A stretch of 64,000 nt of DNA from Eledone cirrhosa. Its lineage: Eukaryota. Under the pieces are notes generated by a model, which was given only the letters and a program-made list of their open reading frames with translations, was not told where the DNA came from and did not search any database. Position numbers and translations under genes: made by a program. Position 1 is the first letter of the stretch. Each line of letters starts with the position of its first letter. The stretch covers positions 66,402,001 through 66,466,000 of the forward strand of contig OZ024747.1 in assembly GCA_964016885.1 (NCBI GenBank). Reading direction: 5' to 3'. Positions 13,286-34,207 of the stretch are shown here, piece by piece.

Positions 13286-13490
13286 CATATATGTATATAT
13301 ATATATATATGTATATATATGTATATACATACATGTATATATATGTATATATATATATGTAGTTATATGTATATATATGTATATATATATGTATATATAT
13401 GTATATGTATATATATGTATATGTAAATATATGTATATGTGTGTATATATGTATATATGTATATATGTATATATATATGTATATATATAT
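11806..13490. repeat. Compound (TA)n/(TATATG)n microsatellite
   Basis: Directly visible. Similar tracts at 2140-4260, 7175-7627, 19190-20548, 21555-22553, 27125-27630, 30528-31380 and elsewhere. Confidence 0.98.
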
Positions 13491-13499
13491 AAAGTATTA

Positions 13500-16800
<3,301 letters not shown>

Positions 16801-16824
16801 TATGCATGTATATATGTATATATG

Positions 16825-16871
<47 letters not shown>

Positions 16872-17158
16872 GTATATATATATATGTGTATATATATATA
16901 TGTGTGTATATATATATGTATATATATATGTATGTATATATATTTATATATATGTATATATATGTATATATATATATATATGTATATATATGTATGAATA
17001 TATATGTATATATATGTATATATATATATAATGTATATATATGTATGTATATATATATGTATATATATGTATATATATATATATATAAAAACAAATAACG
17101 AAACGAAATTAAATTTCGTTTCGTTTGTAACTCACTTTTGTATGACTGACGCTTAAAC

Positions 17159-17697
17159 AATTAAGTTAAAAATGTACATCCACATATGTATACTGAAATA
17201 CTAGTATGCATATGAATACACACACGTGTACATATGTAGATGTACCGAGTTTTCACTGGTCACTTTACTGTGAGTGTCCAGCTATTCTGTATGTAAACAC
17301 ACAGACAAACCGGTTCTTAGAGTCATACTGGTTTTTGAGGAAACAAATTGGTCTGGCCACTACTAATTTTCATAGAAAAAGCATATAACGATATGTGCTT
17401 TCACGATTCTCTAGAGAAGCCGGAAGATAGGTAAATATTGCTGATGAGATGTAACAACATCGAAACTAGTCCAATATTCCTTGTCTGGCTTTCTGGAGAA
17501 TAGAGGAAAGGTGTTTCCTCAAAAACCAGTATGACTCTAAGAACCGGTTTGTCTGTGTGTTTACATACAGAATAGCTGGACACTCACAGTAAAGTGACCA
17601 GTGAAAACTCGGTACATCTACATATGTACACGTGTGTGTATTCATATGCATACTAGTATTTCAGTATACATATGTGGATGTACATTTTTAACTTAAT

Positions 17698-17698
<1 letters not shown>
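17159..17698. repeat. Fold-back element: 187-bp inverted arms with HHR in the spacer
   Basis: Arms 17159-17345 and 17512-17698 are reverse complements; embedded in (TA)n. Confidence 0.92.
17434..17478 (+). ncRNA. Canonical minimal type I hammerhead ribozyme
   Basis: AATATTG-CTGATGA-GATGT-AACA-ACATC-GAAAC-TA-GTC-CAATATT: 7-bp helix I, 5-bp helix II, ACTAGT helix III, GUC triplet. Confidence 0.9.
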
Positions 17699-17736
<38 letters not shown>

Positions 17737-17754
17737 GTATATATATATATATAT

Positions 17755-17785
<31 letters not shown>

Positions 17786-17999
17786 TATATATATATATAC
17801 ATATATATACATACATATATATACATATATATATATATATATACATATATATGTGTGTATATATATATGTGTATATATATATATGTGTATATATATATGT
17901 GTACATATATATGTGTATATATATATATATGTGTATATATATATATGTGTACATATATATGTGTATATATATATATATGTATATATATATATGTGTATA

Positions 18000-19190
18000 T
18001 ACTCCACTGCACCTAACATAGAACAACTAATTAAAAAACTCAACTCAACAATACTAAATAAGTACTTCCCTAATGACACAGCGCACCAGCATAGCGACAT
18101 ACAACGCACTAACACGCAGCTACAACCCCACCAAACTATCCAGGATACTACTGCAAAACATAAAAATAACTGTAACCGTACTAAACCAGGTTCGTGCCCA
18201 TTGAATAACCAATGCCTAACACGCAATATTGTCTACCGATGTACAATAAATTCCGGAACCAACAAATGGTATTACGTCGGATGTACCGCAACAACTTTCA
18301 AAGCTCGCCTATACCAATATCGATCTTCGATCAAGCATGAGAAAATGCGCTCCGTAACAAACCTCGCCGATAAAGCCTGGCAGCTTTGGAAGAACAATCA
18401 AGCATTCTCCCTTGATTGGTAAATTGTTGCAGTTGCGTCAGCATATAAGCAAAATCACCGATTTTGTAAATTATGCCATATGGAGATATACTGCATTTTA
18501 ACGTCTGAAAACAAACTTTTGAACAGCAAAATTGAACGTTCACTTTACTGTAACCATCGTTTAAAAACAACTTTTTCTTTTTTTAAATGCATGTAATGTT
18601 ATCTTTTTACACCACCATTTGCAAATTTTTATTATTTTTATTTCATATTTTTATGTTTATACACACGATATGGCTTTTTATAATAATAGCACTAAACACT
18701 GTTTTTTAGACCCCTTTAGAAATATCCTGCTACTATAATAGCCCCAATAACTTGTCTATAATTCTGTACTACATTGACCCCTTTAACTAAATTTTGTCCA
18801 AACAACACTACTAGAAGAATTTACTTCCCCCGCCAACCCTAACACGCCTCATTTAGCTAACTGCTGCCAAAACATTTTCTTCTATACAATCTCTACTACT
18901 CTGACAGTCTTGAATCCTAAGACTACCTCCCCCTTACTCGCTTCCCTCTTCCTCTTCCCTTCCTACCTCCTACTTTCTCACATATCTAGTGTATAAAATA
19001 TTCTCCTATCATTCTACCATAAAGGTCTGACGACATGGTGTGTTCTCTTACAGTGTACCTACGATTTATGATAATATTTTTTTATATTATACAAATAGCG
19101 AGGTATAGGTAACCCACACACTATAGAAACAATTGTTACCTAATAAATTCTTTATACCCGCATTTCCGTTTCATAAACTTTTTCTTCATA
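18000..19190 (+). mobile_element. 5'-truncated Penelope-like element (GIY-YIG, internal stop at ~18420) plus 3' UTR
   Basis: [57 protein letters not shown], ending at TAA ~18596. Confidence 0.85.
19023..19141 (+). ncRNA. Type I hammerhead ribozyme, long helix II
   Basis: AGGT-CTGACGA-C-ATGGTGTG...CACACTAT-A-GAAAC-AATT-GTT-ACCT; helix III ACAATTGT palindrome. Confidence 0.75.
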
Positions 19191-19385
19191 TATGTGTATA
19201 TATATATATGTGTGTACATATATATGTGTGTATATATATATGTGTATATATATATATGTGTATATATATATATGTGTATATGTATATATATGTGTACATA
19301 TATATATGTGTATATATATATATATGTGTATATGTATATATATATATGTATATATATGTATACATATATATATGTATACATATGT

Positions 19386-19487
<102 letters not shown>

Positions 19488-19996
19488 GTATACATATATA
19501 TATGTATATATATATATATATATGTATACATATATATATATGTATACATATATATGTATACATATATATGTATACATATATATATATGTATACATATCTA
19601 TATGTGTATATATATGTATATATGTATATGTATATATATGTATATATATGTATATGTATATATATATGTATATATATATATATATGTATATATATATGTG
19701 TATATATATATGTATATATATATATATGTATATATATATATGTATATATATATGTGTATATATATATATCTGTATATATATATATGTGTATATATATATA
19801 TGTGTATATATATATATGTGTATATATATATGTGTATATATATATATGTGTATATATATATGTGTGTATATATATATATGTGTATATATATATGTGTGTA
19901 TATATATATATGTGTATATATATATATGTGTATATATATATGTGTATATATATATGTGTATATATATATGTGTGTATATATATGCGTGTGTATATA

Positions 19997-20123
<127 letters not shown>

Positions 20124-20221
20124 CGTAAAATAAGAAAATTTAAAAAATTTTTAAAAAAATTAACTAACTTACTTAAATTTTCACTCCAACTAATATATAT
20201 ATATATGTATATATATATATG

Positions 20222-20254
<33 letters not shown>

Positions 20255-20267
20255 GTATATATATATG

Positions 20268-20306
<39 letters not shown>

Positions 20307-20478
20307 GTATATATATATATGTATATATATACATATATATACATATATATATATATACATATATATATACATATATATATACATATATATATATATATAC
20401 ATATATATATACATATATATATATATACATATATATATACATATATATATAAACATATATATATAGATATATATATAC

Positions 20479-20509
<31 letters not shown>

Positions 20510-20549
20510 CATATATATATACATATATATATACATATATATATATATC

Positions 20550-21553
20550 ACGATAAATTAACGGAGGCATAGGCCGTCGTTATTCCCTGTAAATAATATG
20601 CTCAAAGGGGAAGAGATCCTGAGCCCTTTAGAATATAATATGTTGAGAAGGTAACACACCAGAGAGAGATATATAGTGCGTTATCAATAATACAGGGAAA
20701 AAACCACCAGTGTATGGAATCTATAACCTATGAAAGGCAGACTATAGACACGATAATTAAAAATACCGAGATAATTAAAAATAACCGAGACTACCATTTC
20801 TTTCAACAAACTTTCTGGTGAAACATATCTCTGGATTTGTACGTGTGTTATATAGTTATAGAGGTATTTATTTACGCTTTAATTTATATTTTTAATTATC
20901 GTGTCTATAGTCTGCCTTTCATAGGTTATAGATTCCATACACTGGTGGTTTTTTCCCTGTATTATTGATAACGCACTATATATCTCTCTCTGATGTGTTA
21001 CCTTCACAACATATTATATTCTAAAGGGCTCAGGATCTCTTCCCCTTTGAGCACATTATTTACAGGGAATAACGACGGCCTATGCCTCCGTTAATTTATC
21101 GTAATATTTCGCTCCTAACAACAGCCTTTCCTATCTCTGTTTGGTTGAGCACTCTTCTCTGAGTGGCTTTGGGCTGCCCTTTCTAGCAGTTCGTCTCTCA
21201 GAGGCCACTGGTTCACTGCCCTTAAACACGCTGTGACTTCTCTCTCCCACGTGTAGCTGGACAGTCAATTGTAAAATTCTCTTAGTGTTGTCTGAAATGT
21301 ATAGCCTTACACACGCTGATGAACCGAGACTACCATTTCTTTCAACAAACTTTCTGGTGAAACATGTCTCTGGATTTGTACGTGTGTTATATAGTTATAG
21401 AGGTATTTATTTACGCTTTAATTTATATTTTTAATTATCGTGTCTATAGTCTGCCTTTCATAGGTTATAGATTCCATACACTGGTGGTTTTTTCCCTGTA
21501 TTATTGATAACGCACTATATATCTCTCTCTGGTGTGTTACCTTCTCAACATAT

Positions 21554-21556
<3 letters not shown>
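20550..21556. mobile_element. Non-coding PLE-like terminal-repeat element: 216-bp inverted arms plus ~234-bp direct repeat
   Basis: IR 20550-20765/20887-21102; direct repeat ~20783-21017/21322-21556; HHR-like core CTGATGA (21316)...GAAAC-AT-GTC (21359-21368). Confidence 0.75.
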
Positions 21557-21611
<55 letters not shown>

Positions 21612-21684
21612 CATATATACATATATATATACATATATATATACATATATATATATACATATATATATACATATATATATATAC

Positions 21685-21739
<55 letters not shown>

Positions 21740-21817
21740 TATACATATATATATACATATATATATATACATATATATATATATGTATATATAATATATA
21801 TACATATATATATATAC

Positions 21818-21893
<76 letters not shown>

Positions 21894-22144
21894 GTATATA
21901 TATATATGTATATATATATATGTATATATATATATGTATACATATATATATGTATAGATATATATATATATATATATGTATACATATATATATATGTATA
22001 GATATATATATGTATACATATATATATATGTATACATATATATATATATGTATACATATCTATATGTGTGTATATATATATATATGTGTATATATATGTA
22101 TATATGTATATGTATATATATGTATATATATATGTATGTATATA

Positions 22145-22189
<45 letters not shown>

Positions 22190-22452
22190 GTGTATATATA
22201 TATGTATATATATATATATGTGTATATATATATATATGTATATATATATGTGTATATATATATATATGTGTATATATATATATGTGTATATATATATATG
22301 TGTATATATATATGTGTGTATATATATATGTGTGTATATATATATATGTGTATATATATATATGTGTATATATATATATGTGTATATAAATATGTGTATA
22401 TATATAAGTTTGTATATATATATGTGTGTATATATATATGTATATATATATG

Positions 22453-22509
<57 letters not shown>

Positions 22510-22553
22510 GTTTATATATATATATGTATATATATGTATATATATATATATGT

Positions 22554-25440
22554 ATTGTTATACTTTGGGAGGGTCATGTTGCCAATAAGAAACACACGCA
22601 CCAGTTGCTTTCACTTCAATTTATTATAATAAATTTATAATAAATTTATAAATTTATAAATTTATAAATTTCTGGTTGGTTGGTTGGTTCCACAACCAGA
22701 TAGTTGTTTATATATAGTCATAGTTCTTTCGTCACACACTCTGTGACCTCTTCAGTGACTGGGGATTCCTTTCTTTTGTTTCTGTGCCTCTCCTTTGTTC
22801 TGTCCTACGCCATTTTGTTTCTGTGTGTCTGTTGTGTGCTCAGTCTGCGCATGTGCCACATCCGGGTGTCTGTGTGTGTTTATGTTCATTTATTTATTTG
22901 TTTATTTACATGTTACTGGTTGGTTGTTTGTTTTATGTGTGTGTGTGTTTTCATTTTGTCCTTAATTGTAAGTTGTGATGTTGCTGTTCCACTCATATTT
23001 TCTATTTAATTTTGGTTGTAATTCTTTTATGTTTATTGCCTCTGTAATTTGTCTAAACATTGCGTCTTTTCTGTGTGTAGATTCTATTTTTATTTCTATG
23101 TTCTCTAATTTACCCTTGTGTTCTATTTTAGCATGTTGGTAGAGTACAGATGATTCTTTATTACCTTGAAGGTTTCGCCAGTGTTAATTTATCCGGTCCC
23201 CTACACTACGAGCTGTCTCACCTATGTACACTATATTTTGTCTCTACATTGTCCTTCAGTACATCTTATGCTATACACTACATTTCTAGTTTTACAGTTA
23301 ATAATGGGGCTTATTTTACAGGTTATACATTTCTTATCTATACATGAGGGTATTTGAAAAGGGTATGTCTTGCTAATAAGTGTGTTTACGGAGGTACCTG
23401 GTCTTTCTACTATCTTAATATTGAGTTTATGTTTATTTAGGGCCCTTCTAAATTTGTAAGCTAATTCACCTCTAGGGGTTGTATCGATGAACATTACACT
23501 CTGGTATTTATTGCTATCATACCATGAGTTTATTCTATTAGCCTTGTTCCTAGTTCTTTCTATTCTATTCCAAAATTTGCTCCTATACAAGGGGCAGGTC
23601 CCATTTATGTCATTATTTACCATTTTTCCCATTTGGTTCTGGCTCCTCTATACACTCTGATTTTATCTCTCTGATTGTAGCCAGAAAACTGCATACGGTG
23701 GATGAGGTTTTGTATGTGTCTCTCTAGTCTTCGGGGTTGCACATGCGGGACACATTTCTCATCACCCGTACCAAATCCGCAATCAGTATGTTGATTTTGG
23801 TATGGTCCGAAACGGCTGAGTTTCGGTGGATCAGATGTTTGGAAGTCATGGGTTTGGCATAATGGGAATGGAGGATTTGTTTTTTGTTGTTAATGGTATC
23901 TAACCAGAGCTCTGTGTCTAGTACAGGTAATCGATGGTTGGGGTGTTTACTTGGGTAGTCTATAGCAACTCTAATGCTCTGGTGGATGGAGTTTGCTATT
24001 TGCTGGATGCTTTCCATTGTGTTTTTCTCTAGTTCCTAACTGTTCTCTAGTGGGGGTGTCTTAACTACGATGTTTATATCATCTACGTAGCGGGAGTACA
24101 TTATCAGGGTTAAGGGGTCTTCTAATTGTTCTTTAAGTTTAAGTTTAAGTCTACTGTCCCACCATACCATGAATAAGTTAGCTATGTCGCCTGCAATGCT
24201 AACACCAATGGCTGCTCCTTCCTCTTGGGCATATGTTTTTCCATTAAATTTGAACATATGTTCCTTAAGGGTTAGTTTTATGCTGGCCCCTACCACATGT
24301 GCAATCATTTTCTTCAGTTCATCGTGGTTTTCGGGTGTCCGTATGGCTCTGGTCCACCCGTTCCATCTATCTGTGTGGGTTTTCTTGGCTATTGAGGTAA
24401 TGGTAGGTGGTCTGCCTCTTGCTGGTCTTGTAGGGCACAGGTTGCTAAGGTCATATGCGTCTAGGTAATTATTACTATAGGTAAGCTTAAGTAGGAGTCC
24501 CAGCTCACTGGTATCAATCCCACGGAACTCAACCTTGCTCTCACTGATCATTTCTACGCATTTTTCCACAGCAAAATCCATGTCAATAGATGGATACAGG
24601 GACACAACATCCATACTGCCTATTATGCAGTTTGTTAGGTCCCCAGATCGGTTACTCATGCCGATTCTGCTGAGGAGGTCCTCCGTGCTGTCACATACGT
24701 CTGGGGACATTTCAACGATGGGGCGTATGATCAGGGAGAGGAAGTAGGACAGTCTGTAGTTACTAGCAATGTTAGCTCCACAGACTGGCCGTGTTGGTGG
24801 TCCCGCGACAGGGTCACAGCCCGTTTTATGGTCTTTTCGAAGCCCATACAACGCCGGCACGTCATTGTTCTAGGCCTGGAAGTTGTTGGCAGTCCTTTTG
24901 TTGGGCTGCATTATATTCGTCCACATCACCATATGGGCATTGAGGGCTTTTTCTTTATCCTCATGCTCCTGTGGTGTTACCTCTCTTGTGTTAGTGATGT
25001 GGGGTTGCATTGCCTGGATGTAGTTTGGCAGGCTGTCAACCGACATTCTGCCAGACTTGTCTGTTGGAAAGCATGCTATCTCTCCATTACGTGAGCGCTG
25101 CATGAGCTTACGCAAGCCATTTGCAGATTTTTCTCCCTGTTACTGGGCCTCCATTCTATTATGCTTCTTGCTATACTGTTCTATAATATTTCTAAGTTCG
25201 GATCTAGCTATACTAAATTGTGCTTCTGTTTGTTCATCGACCTGCAACTATCTGGTTGTGGAACCAACCAACCAACCAGAAATTTATAAATTTATTATAA
25301 ATTTATTATAATAAATTGAAGTGAAAGCAACTGGTGCGTGTGTTTCTTATTGGCAACATGACCCTCCCAAAGTATAACAATATCGGTTTCAACACACGAT
25401 TTCAGATAAAGAATCTTGCTAAACAAATACAGAAACGAAA
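22554..25440 (-). mobile_element. Decayed Penelope-like element (second lineage) with inverted terminal duplication
   Basis: Minus-strand pieces PTDKSGR, LYGLRKDHK..TRPVCGA, GSMDVVSLYPSID, QEEGAAIG, YSRYVDD, LPVLD, HYAKPM, CxxxxCxxC..NVVYSIRC..YIGET; stops and frameshifts. IR 22554-22706/25245-25381. Confidence 0.88.
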
Positions 25441-25450
25441 TATATATATG

Positions 25451-25483
<33 letters not shown>

Positions 25484-25523
25484 GTATATATATATGTATA
25501 TATATATATATATATGTATATAT

Positions 25524-27122
25524 AACTTTGAACTTTGAATAACTTTCAAATGTTTTGGCCAGTATTGGCCCAGGCCATGTCTAACTTAATAGCACCACCT
25601 GGCGAAGTCTTTCAATTCAGGATTTGGGCACCATGGCCCATTCGAGAAGAGAATTACTGTTTGCGGAGACATATCCGGGTGTGGGTGGTTTGTCCGGGAT
25701 TACTTGGAGGAATTTGTCCAAAGACTTCTTGAATTTTGTGTGGTCAGTTTCTGTTTTGACGTGTCCTGGTGTGATGTTGAAGAGAGCAGGGCCGATTGAG
25801 GTGAAATAATTGTGCCGTATTGTTGTTATGAGTTGCGATTTAGATTTTTGAATGGGACGGATAGCACGGGGCCCAAGCCTTGGGTGTATCTTGAAGGCGA
25901 TGCCAACATCATTTGGGCAGTGATGATGGAACATTTTCCACATCATGCAGATAATATAACGCTCACGGCGACGTTGGAGTGAGTAAAGTTTCAGGTTTTC
26001 CAATCGACCCCAGTAGTCAAGGTCTGACATGCCATCTATCTTTTTCGTGATTGCCCTTTGAGGAGCTTCAAGTTTCATGATACTTTGTTTCGTGTGGGGA
26101 GACCACAGTGGACAACAGTATTCAAGGTGTGGTCGGGCGAAAGTAGAGAAGAGAAGGATAATGGTGCGGGAATCTCTCGACTGGAAGGTTCTGAGGATCC
26201 AGGAACACATTCTGCGGGCCATGTCAACTTTGCTGCTTATATGCGTGGTCCAGCTTATGTTGCTGTCCACGGTTACTCCCAAGTCTCTGATGTTGTTAGA
26301 TGCCACGAGAGTTTCCCCGGAGGGAAGGGAGTACGGGAGTTTCAGAGCATCCTCTTTTCCAAAGTGGATCAGTTCGAATTTGTCTTCGTTCAGTAACATG
26401 TTGTTCTTTTCTGCCCATTGGGTAACAGCCAGTAGGTCTGACTGAAGGCTTATCCGGTCATCCACGCCATTGATGACCTTTTGGAGCTTGGAATCATCAG
26501 CGAAAATTTTAATGTTGCTGTGTTTGATGATGTCAGTGATGTCATTAATATAGATGATGAAGAGAAGTGGGCCCAACACAGTGCCTTGTGGGACTCCACT
26601 ACTGACTTTGGCTGGGCTTGATTTGACTCCCTCAACTACAACATGTTGGGTTCTGTTTGACAGGAAGCTCTTGATCCACTGCAGCAGCTTTCCAGTGACA
26701 CCAATATTGGACAGCTTTCTCAGTAGAATGTTATGATCAACCCTGTCAAAGGCCTTGCTGAAATCAAGGTAGATAACATCAGTGTTGGAACCCTCTCCCA
26801 AGGCTCTCAAAATGTCATCAAAGTGATGCAGTAGTTGCGTCAGGCAATCCCTTCCATTACGGAATCCATGCTGGTTGGAGTTCAGCATATTGTTACTCTC
26901 AAGGAAGTGGGTCATTCGCGATCTCACCACTCGCTCAAATACCTTAATGATATGAGAGGTGAGTGAGATTGGACGGTAATTCACGGCAAGGGATTTGTTT
27001 CCCTTTTTGAAAACTGGGACAACAGACTGGGATAGAAGGTTTTCTGGCACATATCCAGCATCCAGTGAGTTCCGCCACAGATTGGCAAGAGGAGAAGCAA
27101 GTTGGTGTTGACACGCCTTCAA
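25524..27122 (-). mobile_element. 5'-truncated CR1/L2-group LINE (RT to C-terminus intact)
   Basis: [60 protein letters not shown]. 3' tail of TTCAAAGT-like repeats into (TA)n. Confidence 0.9.
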
Positions 27123-27357
27123 GACACATATATACATATATATATATATATACATATATATATACATATATATATACATATATATATACATATATATATA
27201 CATATACATATATATATATATATACATATATATATACATATATATATACACATATATACATATATATATACATATATATATACATATATATATACATATA
27301 TATATACATATATATATACATATATATATATATACATATATATACATATATATATAC

Positions 27358-27405
<48 letters not shown>

Positions 27406-27434
27406 GTAATATATATACATATATATATATATAC

Positions 27435-27482
<48 letters not shown>

Positions 27483-27530
27483 ATATATATATATATATAT
27501 GTATGTATATATATGTATATATATATATGT

Positions 27531-29860
<2,330 letters not shown>

Positions 29861-29968
29861 TGTATATATATATTGTCTTGTATATATATAGTGTCTTGTA
29901 TATATATAGTGTCTTGTATATATAAATTGTGTGTTAGTGTCAAGTATATATATATGTATATATATATA

Positions 29969-30284
29969 CTTGGGGAGGGTCATATTTGTGTAATATTGCC
30001 AGAATAAATAACAGAACACACTCACTGTTTGGTTGGTTTTCGCTTCTCGCTTCTGTGTCTTTTATATCGGTAATCTAACTTACTCGGTCCTCAATGTTGC
30101 CATTAACTGACCGACGGTCAAAAATAATACAAATACAATATAGACACAAACACATATATATATAGTTAATCATAACTCTTTCGTTGCACATCTGCAACTT
30201 CGTCAGTGGTGCTATATTTTCCTCCTGTTGTATTGTATGTTTACGGCATTTTTATTCAGTCTCATATAAAAAACCTCGCAAAAC

Positions 30285-30285
<1 letters not shown>
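29969..30285 (+). repeat. Partial copy of the 40789-41690 fold-back family
   Basis: Matches 40800-41100 (TGGGGAGGGTCATATTTG...) and ends with ATATAAAAAACCTCGC as at 41668. Confidence 0.8.
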
Positions 30286-30369
<84 letters not shown>

Positions 30370-30370
<1 letters not shown>

Positions 30371-30526
30371 ACTTTGAATAACTTTGAAATGTTTTGGCCA
30401 GTATTGGCCCAGGCCATGTCTAACTTAATAGCACCACCTGGCGAAGTCTTTCAATTCAGGATTTGGGCACCATGGCCCATTCGAGAAGAGAATTACTGTT
30501 TGCGGAGACATATCCGGGTGTGGGTG
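30370..30526 (-). mobile_element. Short 3'-end copy of the 25524-27122 LINE
   Basis: Near-identical to 25530-25686; in (TA)n. Confidence 0.9.
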
Positions 30527-30577
<51 letters not shown>

Positions 30578-30597
30578 TATGTATATAAATATATATG

Positions 30598-30628
<31 letters not shown>

Positions 30629-30652
30629 GTATATATATATATGTATATATAT

Positions 30653-30705
<53 letters not shown>

Positions 30706-30764
30706 GTATATATATGTATATATATATATGTATATATATGTATATATATATATGTATATATATG

Positions 30765-30820
<56 letters not shown>

Positions 30821-31150
30821 TGTATATGTATATATATATATATGTGTGTATATATGTATATATGTATATATGTATATATATATATATATGTATATATGTA
30901 TATCTGTATATATATATATATGTATATATAAATATATGTATATATATATATGTGTATATATATATATATGTGTATATATATATATATGTATATATATATA
31001 TGTGTGTATATATATATGTATATATATATATGTATATATGTATATATATGTATATATATATATGTATATATATATATGTGTATATATATATATATGTGTA
31101 TATATATATATATATATGTGTATATATATATGTCTATATATATATGTATG

Positions 31151-31191
<41 letters not shown>

Positions 31192-31304
31192 ATATATATG
31201 TATGTATATATATATGTATATATATATATGTATATATGTATATATATATATGTATGTATATATATGTACATATATATATGTATATATATATATATGTATA
31301 TATG

Positions 31305-31353
<49 letters not shown>

Positions 31354-31543
31354 GTATATATATATATGTATATATATATAGTATTAATTATACCATTTAT
31401 GGTTGTGTAAATACAAAAACCTTTTGCAGTTATATATATTTTTATACAAACCCTAAATAGTGGTAGGCAGTAATTTATTACTACCTTATTACCAGTAACT
31501 TAAGTAGCTCAATGTAAAAACATCAGATGATTTACAGAGCAGT

Positions 31544-32140
31544 TATATGAATTATAAGAATCAAAGAACTGTTCAAAACATTTTTATGCTTACAACTGTT
31601 TCCTCCAAACCGAGGTTTGGAGGAAACGGAGCCATTTATTATTGAATGAACACTTATATGACCTCCTTTTCACCCAAGAGACATACAGATACATATGCAA
31701 ATATTGTGGGTCAACATTCATTACAGCATTTAGAGTGGCAGTACACACTTAGAGATTACATTCATATTAAAAGATACAATCAAAAATACAGGTTAAAATA
31801 CAACATGAAATTAAGCGGTTATATAGTGCAAAGGTTATAACACATATAACCTTTGCACTATATAACCGCTTAATTTCATGTTGTATTTTAACCTGTATTT
31901 TTGATTGTATCTTTTAATATGAATGTAATCTCTAAGTGTGTACTGCCACTCTAAATGCTGTAATGAATGTTGACCCACAATATTTGCATATGTATCTGTA
32001 TGTCTCTTGGGTGAAAAGGGGGTCATATAAGTGTTCATTCAATAATAAATTGCTCCGAAGAATCCAAACCTCGGTTTGGAGGAAACAGTTGTAAGCATAA
32101 ACATGTTTTGAACAGTTCTTTGATTCTTATAATTCATATA
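31544..32140. repeat. Near-perfect 296-bp-arm hairpin (5-nt loop)
   Basis: Arms 31544-31839/31845-32140 with spacer ACACA. The right arm has an HHR-like motif at 32051-32097. Confidence 0.95.
32051..32097 (+). ncRNA. Hammerhead-like motif with CCGAAGA core
   Basis: TGCT-CCGAAGA-A-TCCAAAC-CTCG-GTTTGGA-G-GAAAC-AGTT-GTA-AGCA. Confidence 0.55.
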
Positions 32141-32216
32141 TATATATATGTATATATATATATATGTATATATATATATGTATATATATATATGTATATA
32201 TATGTATATATATATG

Positions 32217-32247
<31 letters not shown>

Positions 32248-32440
32248 GTATACAATTATATATGTATATGTGTGTATATATATATACATATGTATATATA
32301 TATGTACACATACACATATATATGCATGGCTTAGTGGTTAGAGCATATATATATATCCATATACTTATATATATATACATATACATATGTGTATATATAT
32401 ATATATATATAAATGTGCATACATACATATATGCATATAC

Positions 32441-32495
<55 letters not shown>

Positions 32496-32801
32496 CCGAT
32501 GATGCTTGACACCTTAAAGAATCTGTTAATTCCAATTATGAGGGCAAACAGTAAGGCTGGTGTAAACGTGGACGAAGAGGAAGCACAAATAGCAGGTCAT
32601 CGATAAGGTCACTGACTTCGACGAAAAACTTTGATAATCAATTAAATAGTTGATTACTCAACTGATTGATGTATCAATAACTTAATTAATAATTAAACTT
32701 AAGGGAAACTCAATGGGTGTATTAGTTTCGATTGGAAGCATGACCCTCCTATAATTAAACAATATCTCTTTTGACACACGATTTCACATAAGCAACGCAG
32801 A

Positions 32802-32884
<83 letters not shown>

Positions 32885-33040
32885 TATATATAACGAAGGA
32901 AATGTGGTAAGGAACCAGGTGGACCATAACGCACCAAAGTACTCAATACTTAGGGTAGTTGAGTGGGTAATAGGAACAAGTAAGACCCCTGGGGTCGTAC
33001 TTGTTCTTATATATATATATATATATATATATTACTTGTT

Positions 33041-33103
<63 letters not shown>

Positions 33104-33472
33104 TTGTATATATACCCACAGTTTTATACACACACAGATTTATAAACATCTAACAAACAAATATTTAAATATTTATCAAACTATAATCTAGATAATGCAT
33201 GTATTTATACACACTAACAAGTGCCCACGCACACACACATATAAGCAAGTATTTTTGTGAATAAAATACACACATACATATGACTATATGTGTGTACATA
33301 TATATATACACAAACATATATATATATATTTATATATATATGTGTGTGTGTTTATACCTCTTGTGTTTGTTAACATCGTAGATTATGATATATATGCAGA
33401 TATATATTCATCCAATTTATAATAGCATTTGCTATATAACATATTTCATATTTATTTTAGTGTACGCTATTT

Positions 33473-33506
<34 letters not shown>

Positions 33507-34051
33507 TATGTATATATATATATATATATATACATTTATTTATTTATTTATTCCACTTTCCAATGTAGAAAAGGAAAAAAAACGGCTTTTCTTTCTTATA
33601 AGTATACTGTTTGTGAAAAACACAAAATCAATATTTTATTAAGTTACATTGATAAATCGATACGTATGAAAACACGTGAATGTATATATGTATGTATATA
33701 TGTATGTATATAAACACACATACATGTATAAAACATATATATGCATATGTAAATATACATATATACATATATATATGTAAACACACACACACACACACAT
33801 ATATTTATATACATTGACATCCACATGTTTACAATGGTATATACAGGCACACACAAATATACAGACGCACACATACAAAAACCTCTCACACCCACACTTC
33901 AAAATCTATTTTGAATAAATTCCTATATCAATACTATATCTATGATTCTATGTAAGATCATACATTTGGCCATATTGATGTATACTTACGTATGATTGTT
34001 ATACACATTTACCCACATTTATACTTTATACATACATACATACATACATGG

Positions 34052-34098
<47 letters not shown>

Positions 34099-34164
34099 AC
34101 TAGGGGCAATTTAATTGACTTTCTCCTTCCCTTAAAAATTGCTGGCCTGTTACCTAAAATAGAA

Positions 34165-34207
<43 letters not shown>

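Noticed and set aside
25380-25410. Antisense CTGAAAT...GAAAC as a hammerhead
   Set aside because: Core lacks G8/A9, helix II does not pair, and the bases are not conserved in sister motifs.
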